A DNA stretch of 64,000 bases from contig OZ024740.1 in NCBI GenBank assembly GCA_964016885.1, forward strand, positions 51,708,001-51,772,000, in the 5' to 3' direction. A program made the position numbers and the translations under genes. The stretch is from Eledone cirrhosa (lineage: Eukaryota). Below the pieces are notes generated by a model that saw only the letters and a list, made by a program, of their open reading frames with translations, was not told the DNA's origin and did no database searches. Below, piece after piece: positions 1-13,069 of the stretch; position 1 is the first letter of the stretch; the number at the start of each line of letters is the position of its first letter.

Positions 1-2620
1 TTTGTAAGCATGCCCACGTGTGTTAGACACATGGAATTCAAAAAGGTGCTCAGAGTTGTTATTGGAAAGATGGTTAATAATTTTGTGGGTGTTTACCAAG
101 TCAGTTGTCAGACATCGGAGCTTCAATGTATCCATGCCCAAGAGAGCAAGGCATTCAGAGTATGGTAGATGCCTATGGAGGGTATTCGCTTGGTTACACG
201 TCTCTGAACAGTTTTCAGGAGGTCAATGTTCTGAGACAGATAGGGGTTCCAGACTGGTGATGCAAATTCTAAGTGTGGCCGCGCCATAGCTATATACTGC
301 TTTAAATAGATAGCTGGAGAGCGGCTAACAAAGGTCTTGCTGAGTGATGCCAAGACACCCTCAGCCTTCTTGACAATTCTAGAGATGTGCTTTGTCTAAT
401 GCAAATCACTGCTGACAGTAATGCCCAGGTCACGTTCACAAGAAGACTTCTTGAGATTGGTGTTGTGAAGGGAGTGTGTGAACCCTGAATTTTTCCTCCC
501 AAATATTTTACTCAATTTTCTCTATTGTATTAGTGTTGTGGAGGGAGTGTGTGGACGCTAGGTTTTTACTCCCAAGATGCATGGTGGTACACTTGTCCAC
601 AGCCAGCTTGAGTTGCCAGTCCGTGATGCATTGTCAGGGCCTGTTTTTCGCTCAAGGTACAGCTTGATGTCACCTTCATATTTCGGTACTGTGGCATTCT
701 TTAAGTTGGCATCTATGTCACTAATATATGCAACAAACAAAAGGGGACCAAGAACAGATCCCTGTGGTACACGAGATGACATCTCATACGGTGAAGAATG
801 CTGTCCTAGAACCGTGACTACCTCACTTCGACTGAGAATGAAGGACTTCAACCAGTTTTTAAAAATCATCCTTCACACCCATTGCAGAGACTTTTGTCAT
901 AAGTCTTTTGTGTGGCACAGAATTAAAAGCTTTAGCAAAGTCAAGGTAAACAACATCCACCCATGAGCCGCCATCAGTAATTCGGGTGAGGTCTTCAAGA
1001 AACTCGATAAGTTGATCACAGCAGCTGGAGTTAGGGGGGATAAATCCAAATTGCGAGGGCCGGATAAGACTGTGAGAATTCCAGAAGTTCCAGAGTGTTT
1101 CTCTGACACAGGATTCCACCAGTTTGGCAATGCAGCTAGTGAGACTGGCTGGACGATAGTTGATAGGCGGTGCGGTTACCCTTTTTGGACAGAGGAATGA
1201 CACTGGCGGTTTTCCACTGCTCCGGAGTAGCACCGTTGTTAAGACATAATTGAAAGAAGCGATATAGCTGGTGCAGAAGGAAGTACCCACCACGTTTGAG
1301 AATCAGGCACGTAACACCATCAAGACCAGGAGAGGCATGGTTGCGTTTATTCTTAAGGTGACATCGCAGCATTGCAGGAGTAAATTCCATAGTTGTTATA
1401 GAATTTGATGTCAGAGGTGGTGGAGACGGTAGTTTGTGAAAGTGCCTGCATAGCATTCAGTAATGAGTTCTGCGCATTCTTTGGGATTGTCTAGCTTGTG
1501 TGGGGATTGCGAAGAGGACCAATTGGAGAGTGAGGTCTCTGCTTTGAATGTACTAATTTCCAGAACACCTTACTGTCAGGGTTCGTTGTTATGTGCTGTT
1601 CAAATTCAAGCACTGTTTTTTTTTGTCATCTGCTTGAGATTATTTATTTCGCCTTTTTCTATTGATATCTGATTTATGCAGTTTGTATTCCCGTTCAGCA
1701 AGTAGGACCGCTGCAGTCTCCCAAATTGCTCTTTTGGGATGTTTTTCTGCTTACGTGGCACTGATGCTGTACATGCTGTCCATATTGAGTTCTGAAGTAT
1801 AGTGTTCACATCTCCAGAGTCGTAAAATTCAAGCCAGTTTGGGCATTGTAGCTCGGTGCAGTAACAATTCCAGTCTGCTTTATTCCAGTCAAAGTGAGCA
1901 GTTTGGAGATGGTTGTGGTTTTGGTTACTGCCCATAAGACACGGGTTAGCAATGATCATAGCATGATCAAAGTTACCTAAAGGTTCCTCAGTAGTAACAC
2001 TAATAACCGTTTCAGGAGTAGAGGTAAAGAGTGGATCCAAAGTGTTGTCACCTCTTGTTGGGGAGGTGACTACTTGGGACCAATTCGAGTCCAGCACTAG
2101 CTCAAGGAAATCATTTGCACTTTGCGGCCAACGAAAGGTTTCCCAATCAATCTCAGGGTGATTGAAGTCCCCTGCAATAAAAACATAAGTGGCTGTTTTC
2201 TTGGCAGCAGCTCTGAAGATATCACAAAGCTATATATCCTGATGGTAATTTGGTTGGCGGAAAACAACTCCAAGTAGCAGTGTTGACATGGTCATACGTA
2301 TATCGCAGAAAAATACTTCTTGCTGTGATTGGTTCAAATCAAGACAAGGAATTACCGAAAAATTTGACCGAACGTAGATCATTACACCACCACCACCACG
2401 ATTAATGCGGTCTTTGCGAAACAAGTTGTAGCCAGGTATACTGAAAACCCCATCACAGAGTAAGGAATATGCCCATGTTTCCGTGACTGTAATGAAATCA
2501 GAGTCGATACTTTTGACGTAAGAATCAAAAAGTTGCATAGACTACGAATCTTGTTGCATAGACTACGAGCATTTAAGGACAACAATTTGTACCTTGATTT
2601 CAGTTGATGATGATGTGCAG
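1..2620 (-). mobile_element. Degenerate CR1-clade LINE ORF2 (APE endonuclease + reverse transcriptase), broken by frameshifts and stops
   Basis: Collinear minus-strand ORF pieces: LLSLNARSL/ITVTETW/IPGYNLFRKDR..GGGGVMIYV (APE), PTRGDNTLD..D.H, NYRPASLTS..VDVVYLDFAKAFNSVPH, VPQGSVLGPLLF..YEGDIKL (decayed YADD), RPHLEFASPVWNP..VQRRVTKRI. Confidence 0.9.
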
Positions 2621-3757
2621 GGGATGGCAGGTTGTTCTGATTTAGTTTCCCACAATTTTTAAAGTTTTTTTCATTGCCAGCTATTGTGGGTACAGTGTGT
2701 TCAGACCAGATGGTATCTCTTTTCCATGTTTCACCAGCCTTAATAAACTTCCATATCTGCCCATCATCACGTAGGCTGAAGCTTTCTTGTTGTGCTGAGT
2801 TGCGATTTAAGGAAGCTGCAGCACGTAGCACGATTGTTGTTATTATTCTAATTCAATCCCCAACGACTCCATTTTCCGAAAACGGGAGCGAGGATGTGTC
2901 CCTTGGAGCTATAGATAAGTCCCTCTCAGCCTTTTGAATTTATACAAAAGCACCCGCTGGTGATCGCGAAGAAAATGTTTTTCCTAGGTTTTTTCGTGTG
3001 TTTTCAATTAATGCAATCTCCAGCATCCTCACAATCGCCTTTTTCCCGAAAACGGAATAACGGGGGGCTTTGTAAATACGTTAACAATGGTTCCGATGAT
3101 GCCATGTTTGCGCTATAAAAATGAAATATGTCCGACGAAGTGACCAACACCGGCGATATATGAGCAGTAGAATGGCGGTGGAAACGAGGGGTTGACCCTC
3201 CGATTTTCACAGCCTCGGAGATTTCTTCTGTGGGAATTTTTTTTTCTAAGTTCTTTCGTTTGTTTCCGACCGATCTGGCATCCGACTCACTCACCAACGA
3301 CCCCTTTTTCCAAAATTGGAGGCGGGGAGTGAGGGAATTATAGATAAGCACCTCTCAGCCATTTAAATTAATAGAAAAGTACCCGTTTGGGTTCACGAAG
3401 AGTCTTTTTTCCTAGTTTTTGTTTTTTCAATTAATCCAATTACTAACATGCTCGCAATCGTTTTCTTTTCGAAAATGGAGGGGGGTCTCGGATGTCCCCA
3501 GCATCGGAGTCCAACCAGAATTACGTCTCCTGTCATGGGTTTTGTAGTGGATAAATGCATTTTCTTAAGGATGAATGATAAAAATGTTGACAATGTTTAT
3601 TTTACAATAACAATATTCACTTGTTGGTACATCGAAAATCGTGACAGCAATGATCACTACAGTAATTTCTCACTAGCTTCTTCGAGCTAGTGTAAGTGCA
3701 TGTATCACAGAAAAACGATATAGTAAAAGTTGTGTTGTATCTTACAGTTATACAATA

Positions 3758-4323
3758 CTAGCAGTGGTACCCGGCGTTGCACGGGATAAGGTATTGTGAA
3801 ATATATAACAGCCTTAGCTAAGCTTAGTATTGCCACAACCACGGCTGGCAAAGAAGTAAGGGTCTGGTGGTACGTAAGTAAGCAACACTGTGGCTTAAAA
3901 CGTGAGGAAGAAGTTGTGTGCACTTACCAACTGTTTGGGGAATGAGTATGAGATTTGTATTGAGCAAGGGTGGCAGAATAACTGGAGGCAGCAGACATAC
4001 AGACAGATATTATAAGGGCGCGTTCTGGAGGAAGTGACGTAATGCAGACAGCCAGACATACAGACATATATTATAAGAGCGCGACGTTATATGTATGTAT
4101 CTATCTAAAAAGAGAAAGACTAAGAATTATAGAGAGAGATCGCTAAATCGCCTAACGCGACCCATAGGGCATTGAAAATTTGAATTTCTTTTTGCTCAGA
4201 ACACTCCCTGAAACATAAGTATTACATATGTAAAGTTTGAAAACAGTTGGTTGGGTGGTTCTCTAGTTTTAGGGATTCAAACTCACACACACAGACAGAC
4301 ATCCTCAGTTTTATATATATAGA
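3758..4323 (-). mobile_element. Non-autonomous Helitron-like element A
   Basis: Minus strand starts TCTATATATATAAAA followed by GTCT-type repeats; it ends with a GC hairpin (cccgtgcaacgccggg) then CTAG followed by T. Confidence 0.7.
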
Positions 4324-4849
4324 CTAGCAGAAAACCACCCACCGGGTGGTTTTCTGTTAGTATATATATATATTACACACACAGAAATGTATATATATTT
4401 CTGTGTGTGTATATATATATATATATTACACACACAGAAATGTATATATATTTCTGTGTGTATATATATATATATATTACACACACAGAAATGTATATAT
4501 ATTTCTGTGTGTATATATATATTACACACACAGAAATGTATATATACTTCTGTGTGTATATATATATATTTCTGTGTGTGTATATATATTACACACACAC
4601 AGAAATGTATATATGTTTCTGTAGCACTCCTCAATTCCTCCCGCTATCCCCCTCTTGTAGTCTGTCTCTTTCTATTCACTCTCTCTCTCCCTCTCTCCCT
4701 CCCGCTATCCCCCTCTCGTAGTCTGTCTCTTTCTTTCACTCTCACTCTCTCTCTATGCGTGCGCAAAAAACATTCGCACGCGCGCACGTGTTTCCACTGT
4801 CGGACAGATAGACAAACAGAGAAATTGCTGGTTATATATTATAAGGAGA
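4324..4849 (-). mobile_element. Non-autonomous Helitron-like element B carrying an internal palindromic minisatellite
   Basis: Minus strand reads A|TCTCCTTATAATATATAACC ... cagaaaaccacccggtgggtggttttctg CTAG; its 3' hairpin nearly matches that at 45107-45144. Confidence 0.65.
4360..4622. repeat. Minisatellite of about 45-50 bp self-complementary units (ATTACACACACAGAAATGTATATATATTTCTGTGTG), about 5 copies
   Basis: Tandem units visible directly. Confidence 0.9.
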
Positions 4850-5330
4850 TGACAGGGAGATGGAAGAATAGATAAAGCGTAGAAGTAAACAAATGAGACT
4901 TACTATGTGTGTGTGTCTATTCTTAGTATACGTTATTCCCGTAGTAGTGGTCAATCTGTCGAGCTGGTATGAAATGTGAGAGCATAGTAAACAAACTGGT
5001 ATTTGTGAAGAGAAATTTTCACAGTGTTAGCAGAACTTTCTTCTCTCATCTGTGTTATCACTGTCTGCTCCCTTTCTTGTAGCCATTGCATTTATAATAA
5101 CGCTATAGCTAGAAGGATGTGTATATGGGTTGATTTAGGAGCAGCCATGTGTGTTTCATCTGTCAAGAAGCTGGGGTCACAGGTCTAGTGGTATATACGT
5201 TTATCATAGTTGTCTCTTGACAGGACAATGGTGGGAACTCCCAACAATAGGTGGTTTTAGAGGCGAGAACCCTCAGATTCAGTTTCGAATTTTCGCCAAG
5301 TAAAACATACGTTACAGTTTCTTTTTTTCT

Positions 5331-5415
5331 TTCTTGCCATAGCAGTGGTGGTAGAAATGGGGGAAGGGGCATGCCCCCCCCCCCCCCATTTCTACCACCA
5401 CTGCTATGACAAGAA
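5331..5415. repeat. Near-perfect 85-bp hairpin
   Basis: ttcttgccatagcagtggtggtagaaatggggg ... cccccatttctaccaccactgctatgacaagaa. Confidence 0.9.
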
Positions 5416-6119
5416 TTATTGGGGGGGGGCATCCCCCCCCCCCCCCCCCCAATAATTATATTTTTCTCCCCAAACTACCAAACCACACATCTATTTGTAT
5501 ATGTGCTACAATTTATGTACATGTTATGTTTATCACATATCGAAGTTTTTTATATCTTGGTTGACATTTGATAATAACAGTGTAAAATATTATGTTAACC
5601 TTCGAAGTAAATTGTTTGTCATGTCGTAACTTTTTCTCCACATATCACTATTTTCTAATTGCTTGTATGTGTATTCAGAAACAGATTTCATGGGTCATTT
5701 TGCTATAATTACTTTATAATTATTAACCTGATTGGACTCAAATTGTATTTTCTGACCATTTTAGAGTGCAAAGACCGAAACTAATCACTACCACTAAATT
5801 GACCAAATTTGCCACCCCCACCACACCCCTTCAGAAATGCTTCCATTGCTCCTGCATAGGAGGCAACAAGGAGATAACCAGTTGCATCGCTTTTTTGGAA
5901 TTAATTAAAAAAAACAAACAAACCTCATGGAGGACATACATAAATGGAAGTCACCCCGGTTACAACGACGACTGTTCCAGTTGATGAGATCAACGGAACA
6001 GCCTGCTCGTGAAATTAACGTGCATGTGGCTGAGCATTCCACAAACATGCGTACCCTTAATGTAGTTAGCGGGGAGATTTTGCGTGACACAGAATGTGAC
6101 AAGGTTGGTCCTTCGAATT

Positions 6120-6276
6120 ACAGGTACAACTCATTTTTGCCAGCTGAGTGGACTGGAGCAACGTGAAATAAAGTGTCTTGCTCAAGGACACAGCGCGCCG
6201 CCGGAAATCATACATACATACATACATACATACATACATACATACATACATACATACATACATACATACATACATA
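6120..6276 (-). mobile_element. SINE fragment (family 2) followed by (CATA)n
   Basis: gctgagtggactggagcaacgtgaaataaagtgtcttgctcaagga matches copies at 28035-28200 and 61365-61735. Confidence 0.65.
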
Positions 6277-6395
6277 GAATATAAATTGAATCAATTAAAA
6301 TAACGCCCACAACTAAAGGAAAAGACATCTTTGGCGTATCGATAAAATAAGTACAATTTTTTTCATTTTCGTCTTGGTTCTCACTTCATCTATTT

Positions 6396-6410
6396 TAGTA
6401 GTAGTAGTAA

Positions 6411-6462
<52 letters not shown>

Positions 6463-6660
6463 CTTTTTCTTCTTCGTCCGCTTATTCCTGAAAGGGTCGT
6501 GAGGGAGAGTGTTCACACGTTCCCTCTAGGGAATCCTGTAAGAGTTGTAACCTTCCAGCTGCCAATTGTTAACGTTTGCTTCTTTCTGAACTTTCTTTCG
6601 GATCCCACGTAACATTTGTACGCCCATCCCAACCTCCAAAGTCAGGTCGAAGGCCCAATT
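6396..6660 (-). mobile_element. (TAG)n microsatellite and RTE-like LINE 3' end
   Basis: ttcttcttc...cttattcctgaaagggtcgtgagggagag resembles the RTE 3' end at 38460. Confidence 0.45.
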
Positions 6661-7469
6661 CAGTCTTTTCAGCATTATATGGAGGCTGCAATATATTTTT
6701 CGAAAGGAGTCAGCTCTGATTCAGAAAACCTATGAGCAAAGGCATTCAGTTACATTGTGTTTGAATAGTCAAATAGTCAAGAAAATGGATAGCCATTTTC
6801 TTGACTATTCAAACACAATGTAGCTTAAGCAATAGTTTTTTTCAAGGCGGTTGGGTGGATATAAAGGAGAATTTGCTGATTTTTCTAAAATATCGTGTGA
6901 CATCGAAGAGGTTTCCCAGTTAGCTAGTGATCATAGCCAGTTACTTACTATAAGAAGCTTGTTTAGCCCTAGATAGACTTGAACGAGTGAGTCTATGATC
7001 AATAGCCTCCCATCCATAACCTCTATGTCATTTTTCTATGTTAGGGGAACCGATTATCGCATTATCCAACGTATCTAGATAGTAGGGTCTGATTTGAGGG
7101 TAATTTGACTGCTATTTCTAGTATGTCAAGCGACCAGCTAGAATCTCTCTTGCTGGCTCGACAACTGGTTGGTATGTGGGGAGGTAGATATGTATGAAGG
7201 AAGGTATGTAGGTGGGAAGGTAGGTACATGTTTAAGTTGGTAGGTGTAAAGACAAAAACGTGAGTAGGTAGATATGAAGGTAGAAAAGTAAATAGGAAGG
7301 TAGGTAAGTAGGTAGGAAGGAGGGATGGTTGACCAGTAAGCAGTTAAAACAAAATCAGAACAAACTGTTTTTTTTTTTTTGGCCGTGAGTAATAGGGAAC
7401 GCCTTTGTTCGTCCATCCTCAAATATAGGAGAACAAAACAGCCGATTATATCTATCTCAGTATTTTGTA

Positions 7470-7600
7470 GGTAAGGTGGCGAGTTAGCAGAGTCGTTAGA
7501 ACGTCGGCATTCATTCCGGCTCTCTGCTTTTTAAGTTCAAATCCCGCTGAGGTCAACTTTGCCTTTCAAAAGTACCAGTTTAGTACATGGGTCAATTTTT
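7470..7600 (+). mobile_element. tRNA-derived SINE (family 1)
   Basis: A-box-like tggcgagttagcagagtcg and B-box gttcaaatccc, followed by gctgaggtcaactttgcctttc; many copies in the window. Confidence 0.75.
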
Positions 7601-8124
7601 CCTCTATACGCCCCCCCCCCCCTTCTCTTTCTCTCTCTCCTTCTCTCTCTCATTCTATGCCCTTCTCTGGAAGAAATCTGCTGTGTTCAGACAAGGAGAG
7701 ATGGGCTCCACTAGACTTTAATACCCAAGAAACGTTGTATGTCACTACCGTGCACCTTCGACTCCAGCGGGAGTTACAGGTCTAAGAGACTTTATTGGTA
7801 CTTTATTTTATCGACTCCATATGGTTAAAAGGCGAACTTGACCGTAGCATGATTTAAAATCACAATCTCTCTCACAGAAATGACATCAGTAAGGAGTGGT
7901 CAAGAATGTAAAAAATTAATACTAAACATCCTATAATCTGATCTAGTCAGAGTCCTCTAGTATTTTACAAGAATGTGTTGCTGATGCAGTTTTATGTGAC
8001 ATAGGATGTTAAGAGTCAAATATGGCTGCTGTTATCTCACTGATTACAGAAAGGAAGTAATCAGTTAACTTTAAAAACTTGATTCAGTGGAAGGATACAT
8101 GATGCCCCCCCCCCCCCCCACACA

Positions 8125-10450
8125 CACAGCCCTGGCGGACAGAATGGAGAAGGCGTTTCCCCGGAGGACGGCAAGGGAGACGCGCTGGAAAAGCCACTCC
8201 AACTCGCGGTGCTCACACCTGCGGTTGGCCAGCTCAGCTCAACGCCTATCGTGGTGAGTAGGGAGGTAGCCTTAGGGCCGAGGACACCAGAAGTCTCCAC
8301 TGCCAAGGGAGAACCTGGGTTAGTCCCAGACTACACCAGGTTGCGGCTGCAGAAAGTGTCGGTGCAAGTGGCATCCCAGACGAGGGGTTTGCCACCGCGA
8401 AACGGGAAGATGGTCATGCCATTTGGCCTTTTGTCGTCCCCTCGGTCCAGCTCCACCGGCTCGAGCTGGGAAGGGAAGCCTGCAGCGCCCAAGCCATACT
8501 TTATGACCTCGTTGAGGGCAGCATGGCGTGGAAGGCGGCCGGCACTGTGGCGACAGGAAAGCGGGTGGAAGCCGAAAGAGTCCACGATGGATCCGCAGTG
8601 ACATTGGTGTGGCTCGCAGATCCGGAGGCCGAGCCTCAAGGAAACGCCGATGCGCAGGCTATTGTTATCTAGCTGCGTGCCAGTAGAGAGGGAAGGCAGG
8701 CCATGGAGCCAGGCACCACTGTGGGGTTTGGAGGCCGCACGAAAACAGGCAAGGCGGTGCTGGTCGAGCTGGCCCGTGAGCCTGTCTGAGGCCAGGCTGC
8801 ACTGGATGGCATCCCGAGTGCTTTGGGGGGACTTGACTCAATAGGGGGAGAAGGAGGAGGGACGTCTACTGGGCAAAGGCCCAGCCGGTCCCACGTCTCA
8901 CAGGCGGTCTCACTTCTCTGAACCCTGCTGACGAGAACGCGGCATGAGGTTACCGATTAAAGATACGCTGGCAAAGCCAGTGAGATCGGGAACCGGACGC
9001 CATGGTCGCCATACCTGACAGGTAAAGTGTCCTGTTGCCATCCAATGTCGTCAAACTTGACGTTGCATATCTCCTCGGCTGCTGCTCGGATACAAGTATC
9101 GAGGTCAGCGAGGAGAGATGCATGGGTGTAGCACGGAGCGCTGCGAAGGGTATAGAGAAGCTTCGGCATAGTGAAGCTGTTCTTCAACAGAAAGAGAGCT
9201 GGATGACCGTCGATCAGGCCCAGCCTGCTCGTGAGAGCCTGGACCTGATGGTGGAGCGGATGGCCGGCGCCTGGATCGGTAACCCAAGGATGAGGACTCC
9301 TGGTGGAGTATGGACCGCACGTCCGAGACGGAGGCCGCAAAGCTCTCAGCATTGTGGCTGACATTCACCACCTCCCACTTGGCCGAGTTGACCTGGAGGC
9401 CGAATCCCGCTAGGGCAGGAACCACCAATTGTAGGTCATGGCAGACAGTCTGTACGGGCCCGCCCAACATAGCATCACCAAGATACCAAACGTTGAGAGG
9501 GGCCGTGATACTCCGGGCGGTGTGGTCTATACCAAGGGCAAATAGGAGGGGGCCCAAAGGGTCGCCCTGTTGGACTCCAGTGGCTGAAGGTATGACCGTA
9601 TCAGCTGCAAGGAGCATGCTAGGGCTCCATACGACAGGTAGGCCAGCGGGTAGGCAGAGGAGGCTCGGTTGAGGCAGGCATCGAGCAGATGGTCTCGGCG
9701 TAAGCAGTTGAAGGCATTCCTCATGTCAAGCTTGACAATGCGTTGCCTGGAGTCCCTGGATGCCGATTCCGGTGGGCAGCTGTTGAAGAACTGCCTGGTT
9801 GCATGTGCGGCCCCCTCACAGCCACCGGACACGCCGACACCCAGTTGCACCGGACTGAACTCCTCGCCCAGTTCGGGTGTTATGGACCTGCAGACCACCT
9901 TGGCAGCCAGCCTCCGGTAGACATTGCTCACAGCGATGGGGCGTATGCCACCCTCTTTCTTCCTGAGAGCGGTGAGGTTAGCCGAAAAAAAGAGGCCTCG
10001 GGCGTGAGGGTAAGGGCGCCATGGATTAGCCTATTGGTGAGTGCGACAATTGCACTTATAAGGTGGCGCCCGGCCTCAGCGGAGAGGGGGGATAGTAACT
10101 CCTTGAGGTGGCCTGGTCGGAGACCATCAGCACCTCTGCCGCTGCTAGCTGGGAAGGACTTGATGGCGGACATGATGTCTGCGTCGGAAGCTACAAGGAG
10201 CAAGTGGGGATCGGGTGGGAGTATGGGTCTGAGATCAGAGGGTGGCTCAGGATGCTTGAGTCGCAGGGCAGCCAGGACCTCCTAGGTGGGTTGGAAGCAA
10301 CCACTCTGAGGCAACCACTCTGACTGCGGCCGAGACATCACCCATGATTAATTTAGCATTTACGCGGTCACGCAAACGCTTGGCGCTGGCCTCAAAGATG
10401 GAGGATTGGGGGTACCCAAGGGTGGGTGTGTGGCGTCCCTAGGCACGCTT
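8125..10450 (-). mobile_element. GC-rich CRE-clade-like non-LTR retrotransposon (RT + CCHC + restriction-like endonuclease), degenerate
   Basis: GADGLRPGHLK, QLGVGVSGGCE, KLDMRNAFN, GVQQGDPLGPLLF, YLGD (decayed YLDD), QQDTLPVRYGDHGV, C.CG..D..G.H.LSC..RH..LN, KRPNG..P..GKPLVWDATCTDT, AVETSGVLG. Confidence 0.85.
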
Positions 10451-10734
10451 GGAATGGGCAGAGCATAATTTATACAGAACATATTTCAAACGATATACGA
10501 AAAAGTCTCTTTCATATATCTAGTTGAGAAACAACTAGTATCATGTACATATATATAATGATAATAATAAATGTACTCACTCATAAAATGTAACTCAAGG
10601 TAGTAACTCAAGGTCGTCTAAAGTTCACTTATACGGCCGTTTCATGATAAATTCCAGAATATAATGTTTATAATGGATCTATTGATGGAATTTATCATGT
10701 CTGGTGAGTTCGCAGATGAGTAAGAATCTTTTGT

Positions 10735-11070
10735 GAGGCTAAACTCCGCCAGTTGCAGACTGCACATCAACATGAGATATCTCTCTCCACAAAGTTCGAT
10801 TACCAGCAGCAGAGTTCAAAGAGCAAAGATCAAGACCAGTCCATAAGTTGACATTGTCAAGCCATCGTTTTGGCTGCCGGCCTCTGCTTCTCTTACCAGC
10901 CAACCTTCCTTCCAGGCATAAGCTACTCACATCACGAGTTGATATTTTTATATGGCCGTATAGTTTGAGTACTCTTGACTTGACAGTTGATGTAATTGGT
11001 CTAAGTTTGGTAATGTTGAGCAGCTCACTGATACAGATACGGTCGCTCAGCCGCTTGCCAGAGTAAGAAT
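10735..11070 (-). mobile_element. RTE-like LINE 3' fragment
   Basis: LEGRLAGKRSRGRQPKRWLDNV..W is a typical RTE ORF C-terminus. Confidence 0.7.
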
Positions 11071-11722
11071 GCTAAACCATAATAAATGTATATTTAAACT
11101 CTACTTTCGAGTTTTCATTCTTACGCCCGTCATTAATTCACGTACTCAGGTCTTGAATAATCGTTCCGAACCTCCGCTTATTAATTTGTCAGATTTTGTT
11201 CCACCCCACCCACCGGTTTTTATTCTACCTCCACCCGTTTATTAAATTTTGCTAATCTATCTCCGTCTAAATATTATTGTAAGTAATTCATATTGATACA
11301 TCAGCTGGAGAATCTAATAATAATTTCATTTTACATTAAAAAAATATATATGACAAAAGAAGAACATTACAAGAAATCCCATATTTAAGAACGTACACTA
11401 TACAATTACTGATTCCCCCCTCCCCCACATTATTGCCACCTCTCCTATTATTTAGGACTCAAGAGTGCTACCCAATCTATGTCTATCACACAAAACTCTT
11501 CCAGTCCCCCTCTCTATATCAATTAACACCAAACTATCCCCCTCTATATATCAATTAACACCAAACTATCCCCCTCTCTATATCTACGATACAACACTTT
11601 CTTTCATTCCATCTCACTCTATCCATTACCACCAAAATCTAACCTTGCCTAGGGTGCCAGTCTGGCGTCGGCCCTGTGTGTGTGTGTATACATATATATA
11701 TATATATATATATAGTGTAGAT

Positions 11723-12028
11723 CAGGGGCGTGCAACAGGCGGCCTGCAGGCCACAATCCGGCCCGCCAGACCAGTCAGAGTGGCCTGCGGTGACCATTTT
11801 TAACTTTTACCTTGTAGGCTTATTTAGAACTTTTTTCGTAACCGTAATACAATTTTCTGTTAGTTGACCTATAGTAAAGGGCTTCACTGATAGGGTTATG
11901 TGTGTTATAATTTCCCAGTTCCTTGTTGTGGTGAATCTTTGGAATAGTGCTTAATAAATATTAATCGCCCTACTAGTTGTTCCAATGTTCAAAAGTGGCC
12001 CGCCAATGGAATATGTTGCACACGCCTG
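11723..12028. mobile_element. hAT-superfamily MITE
   Basis: TIRs CAGGGGCGTGCAAC / GTTGCACACGCCTG, subterminal GGCCCGCC motifs, exact 8-bp TSD GTGTAGAT (11715-11722 and 12029-12036). Confidence 0.9.
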
Positions 12029-12109
12029 GTGTAGATGATTCAGCAAATTACTGGTAATGGTACCAATATAAGCACTCAATGCACAGGCAGAGGGTACAGG
12101 ATATATGTG

Positions 12110-12205
12110 CATACCTACGCATTCAAACACATACATACGCATTCAAACACATACATACGCATTCAAACACATACCTACGCATTCAAACACATACATACGC
12201 ACACA
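12110..12205. repeat. 20-bp tandem repeat (TACGCATTCAAACACATACA/C), about 4 copies
   Basis: Direct tandem units. Confidence 0.85.
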
Positions 12206-12393
12206 CCGACGCAAAAAATAGGCCGATGTTTATAAAACCCAACATTTTATCGATCACCACAAACATTTTTTGTTGAAACACCAGTTTGATGGGCAGATCG
12301 ATGCTGGCGTCAGATCGACCTGACCAGTCATCAGAGAAACGCTCATAAGTCGATACACATAAACATGTAAATGAAACTTTATAGCATTTGCTT

Positions 12394-13034
12394 TTATATA
12401 TAAATGGAAAAAAATGAAACGGCTATTACTTAAATATAAGTATGTATACGTACATATATGTATACAGACGTACAGTAGTATGTATATATATACATACATG
12501 CACACATATATATATATGTACGTATGGATTTACCGAACATTTATTATAAATGCATCCCAAATTAAGCCGTACAGTGTTTAGAAACCACCGTTGCCCTTTT
12601 GTTCAACACTGACAAAGGAACGATGTACTAGTTTCAAGCTTATTAGCTATCGTCAGTACCGTATACCTTCTTGCCAGATGATTGAACGTCTGAAAGTATA
12701 TACTTTCCTTATGCATATTAACGGCTGAGCAGCCTAATTTGCATATCGAGTGAGTTAATCGACCGGGCGTACCGAAAACGATAAATGGAAAAAATGAAAG
12801 GCCTGAAGGTATACGGTGCTGGCGATAGCTAATAAGCTTGAAACTAGTACACTGTTCCTTTGTCAGTGTTGAACAAAAGGGCAACGATGGCTGCTAAACA
12901 CTGTACGCCTTAATTCGGGATGTTTGTTTACAAACAAACCGAGCATTATAATAAATGTTCGGTAAACCCATACGTACATATATATATGTGTGCATGTATG
13001 TATATATATACATACTACTGTACGTCTGTATAGA

Positions 13035-13069
<35 letters not shown>

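Noticed and set aside
7470-7560. tRNA-gene-like A/B boxes (also 28035, 32620, 33635, 51665)
   Set aside because: No cloverleaf; these are heads of multi-copy SINEs
8209-10323. Long plus-strand ORFs
   Set aside because: Antisense shadows of the GC-rich CRE-like ORF
11143-11467. Possible pogo/Tc1-like MITE
   Set aside because: Terminal inverted match is too imperfect and there is no clear TA TSD
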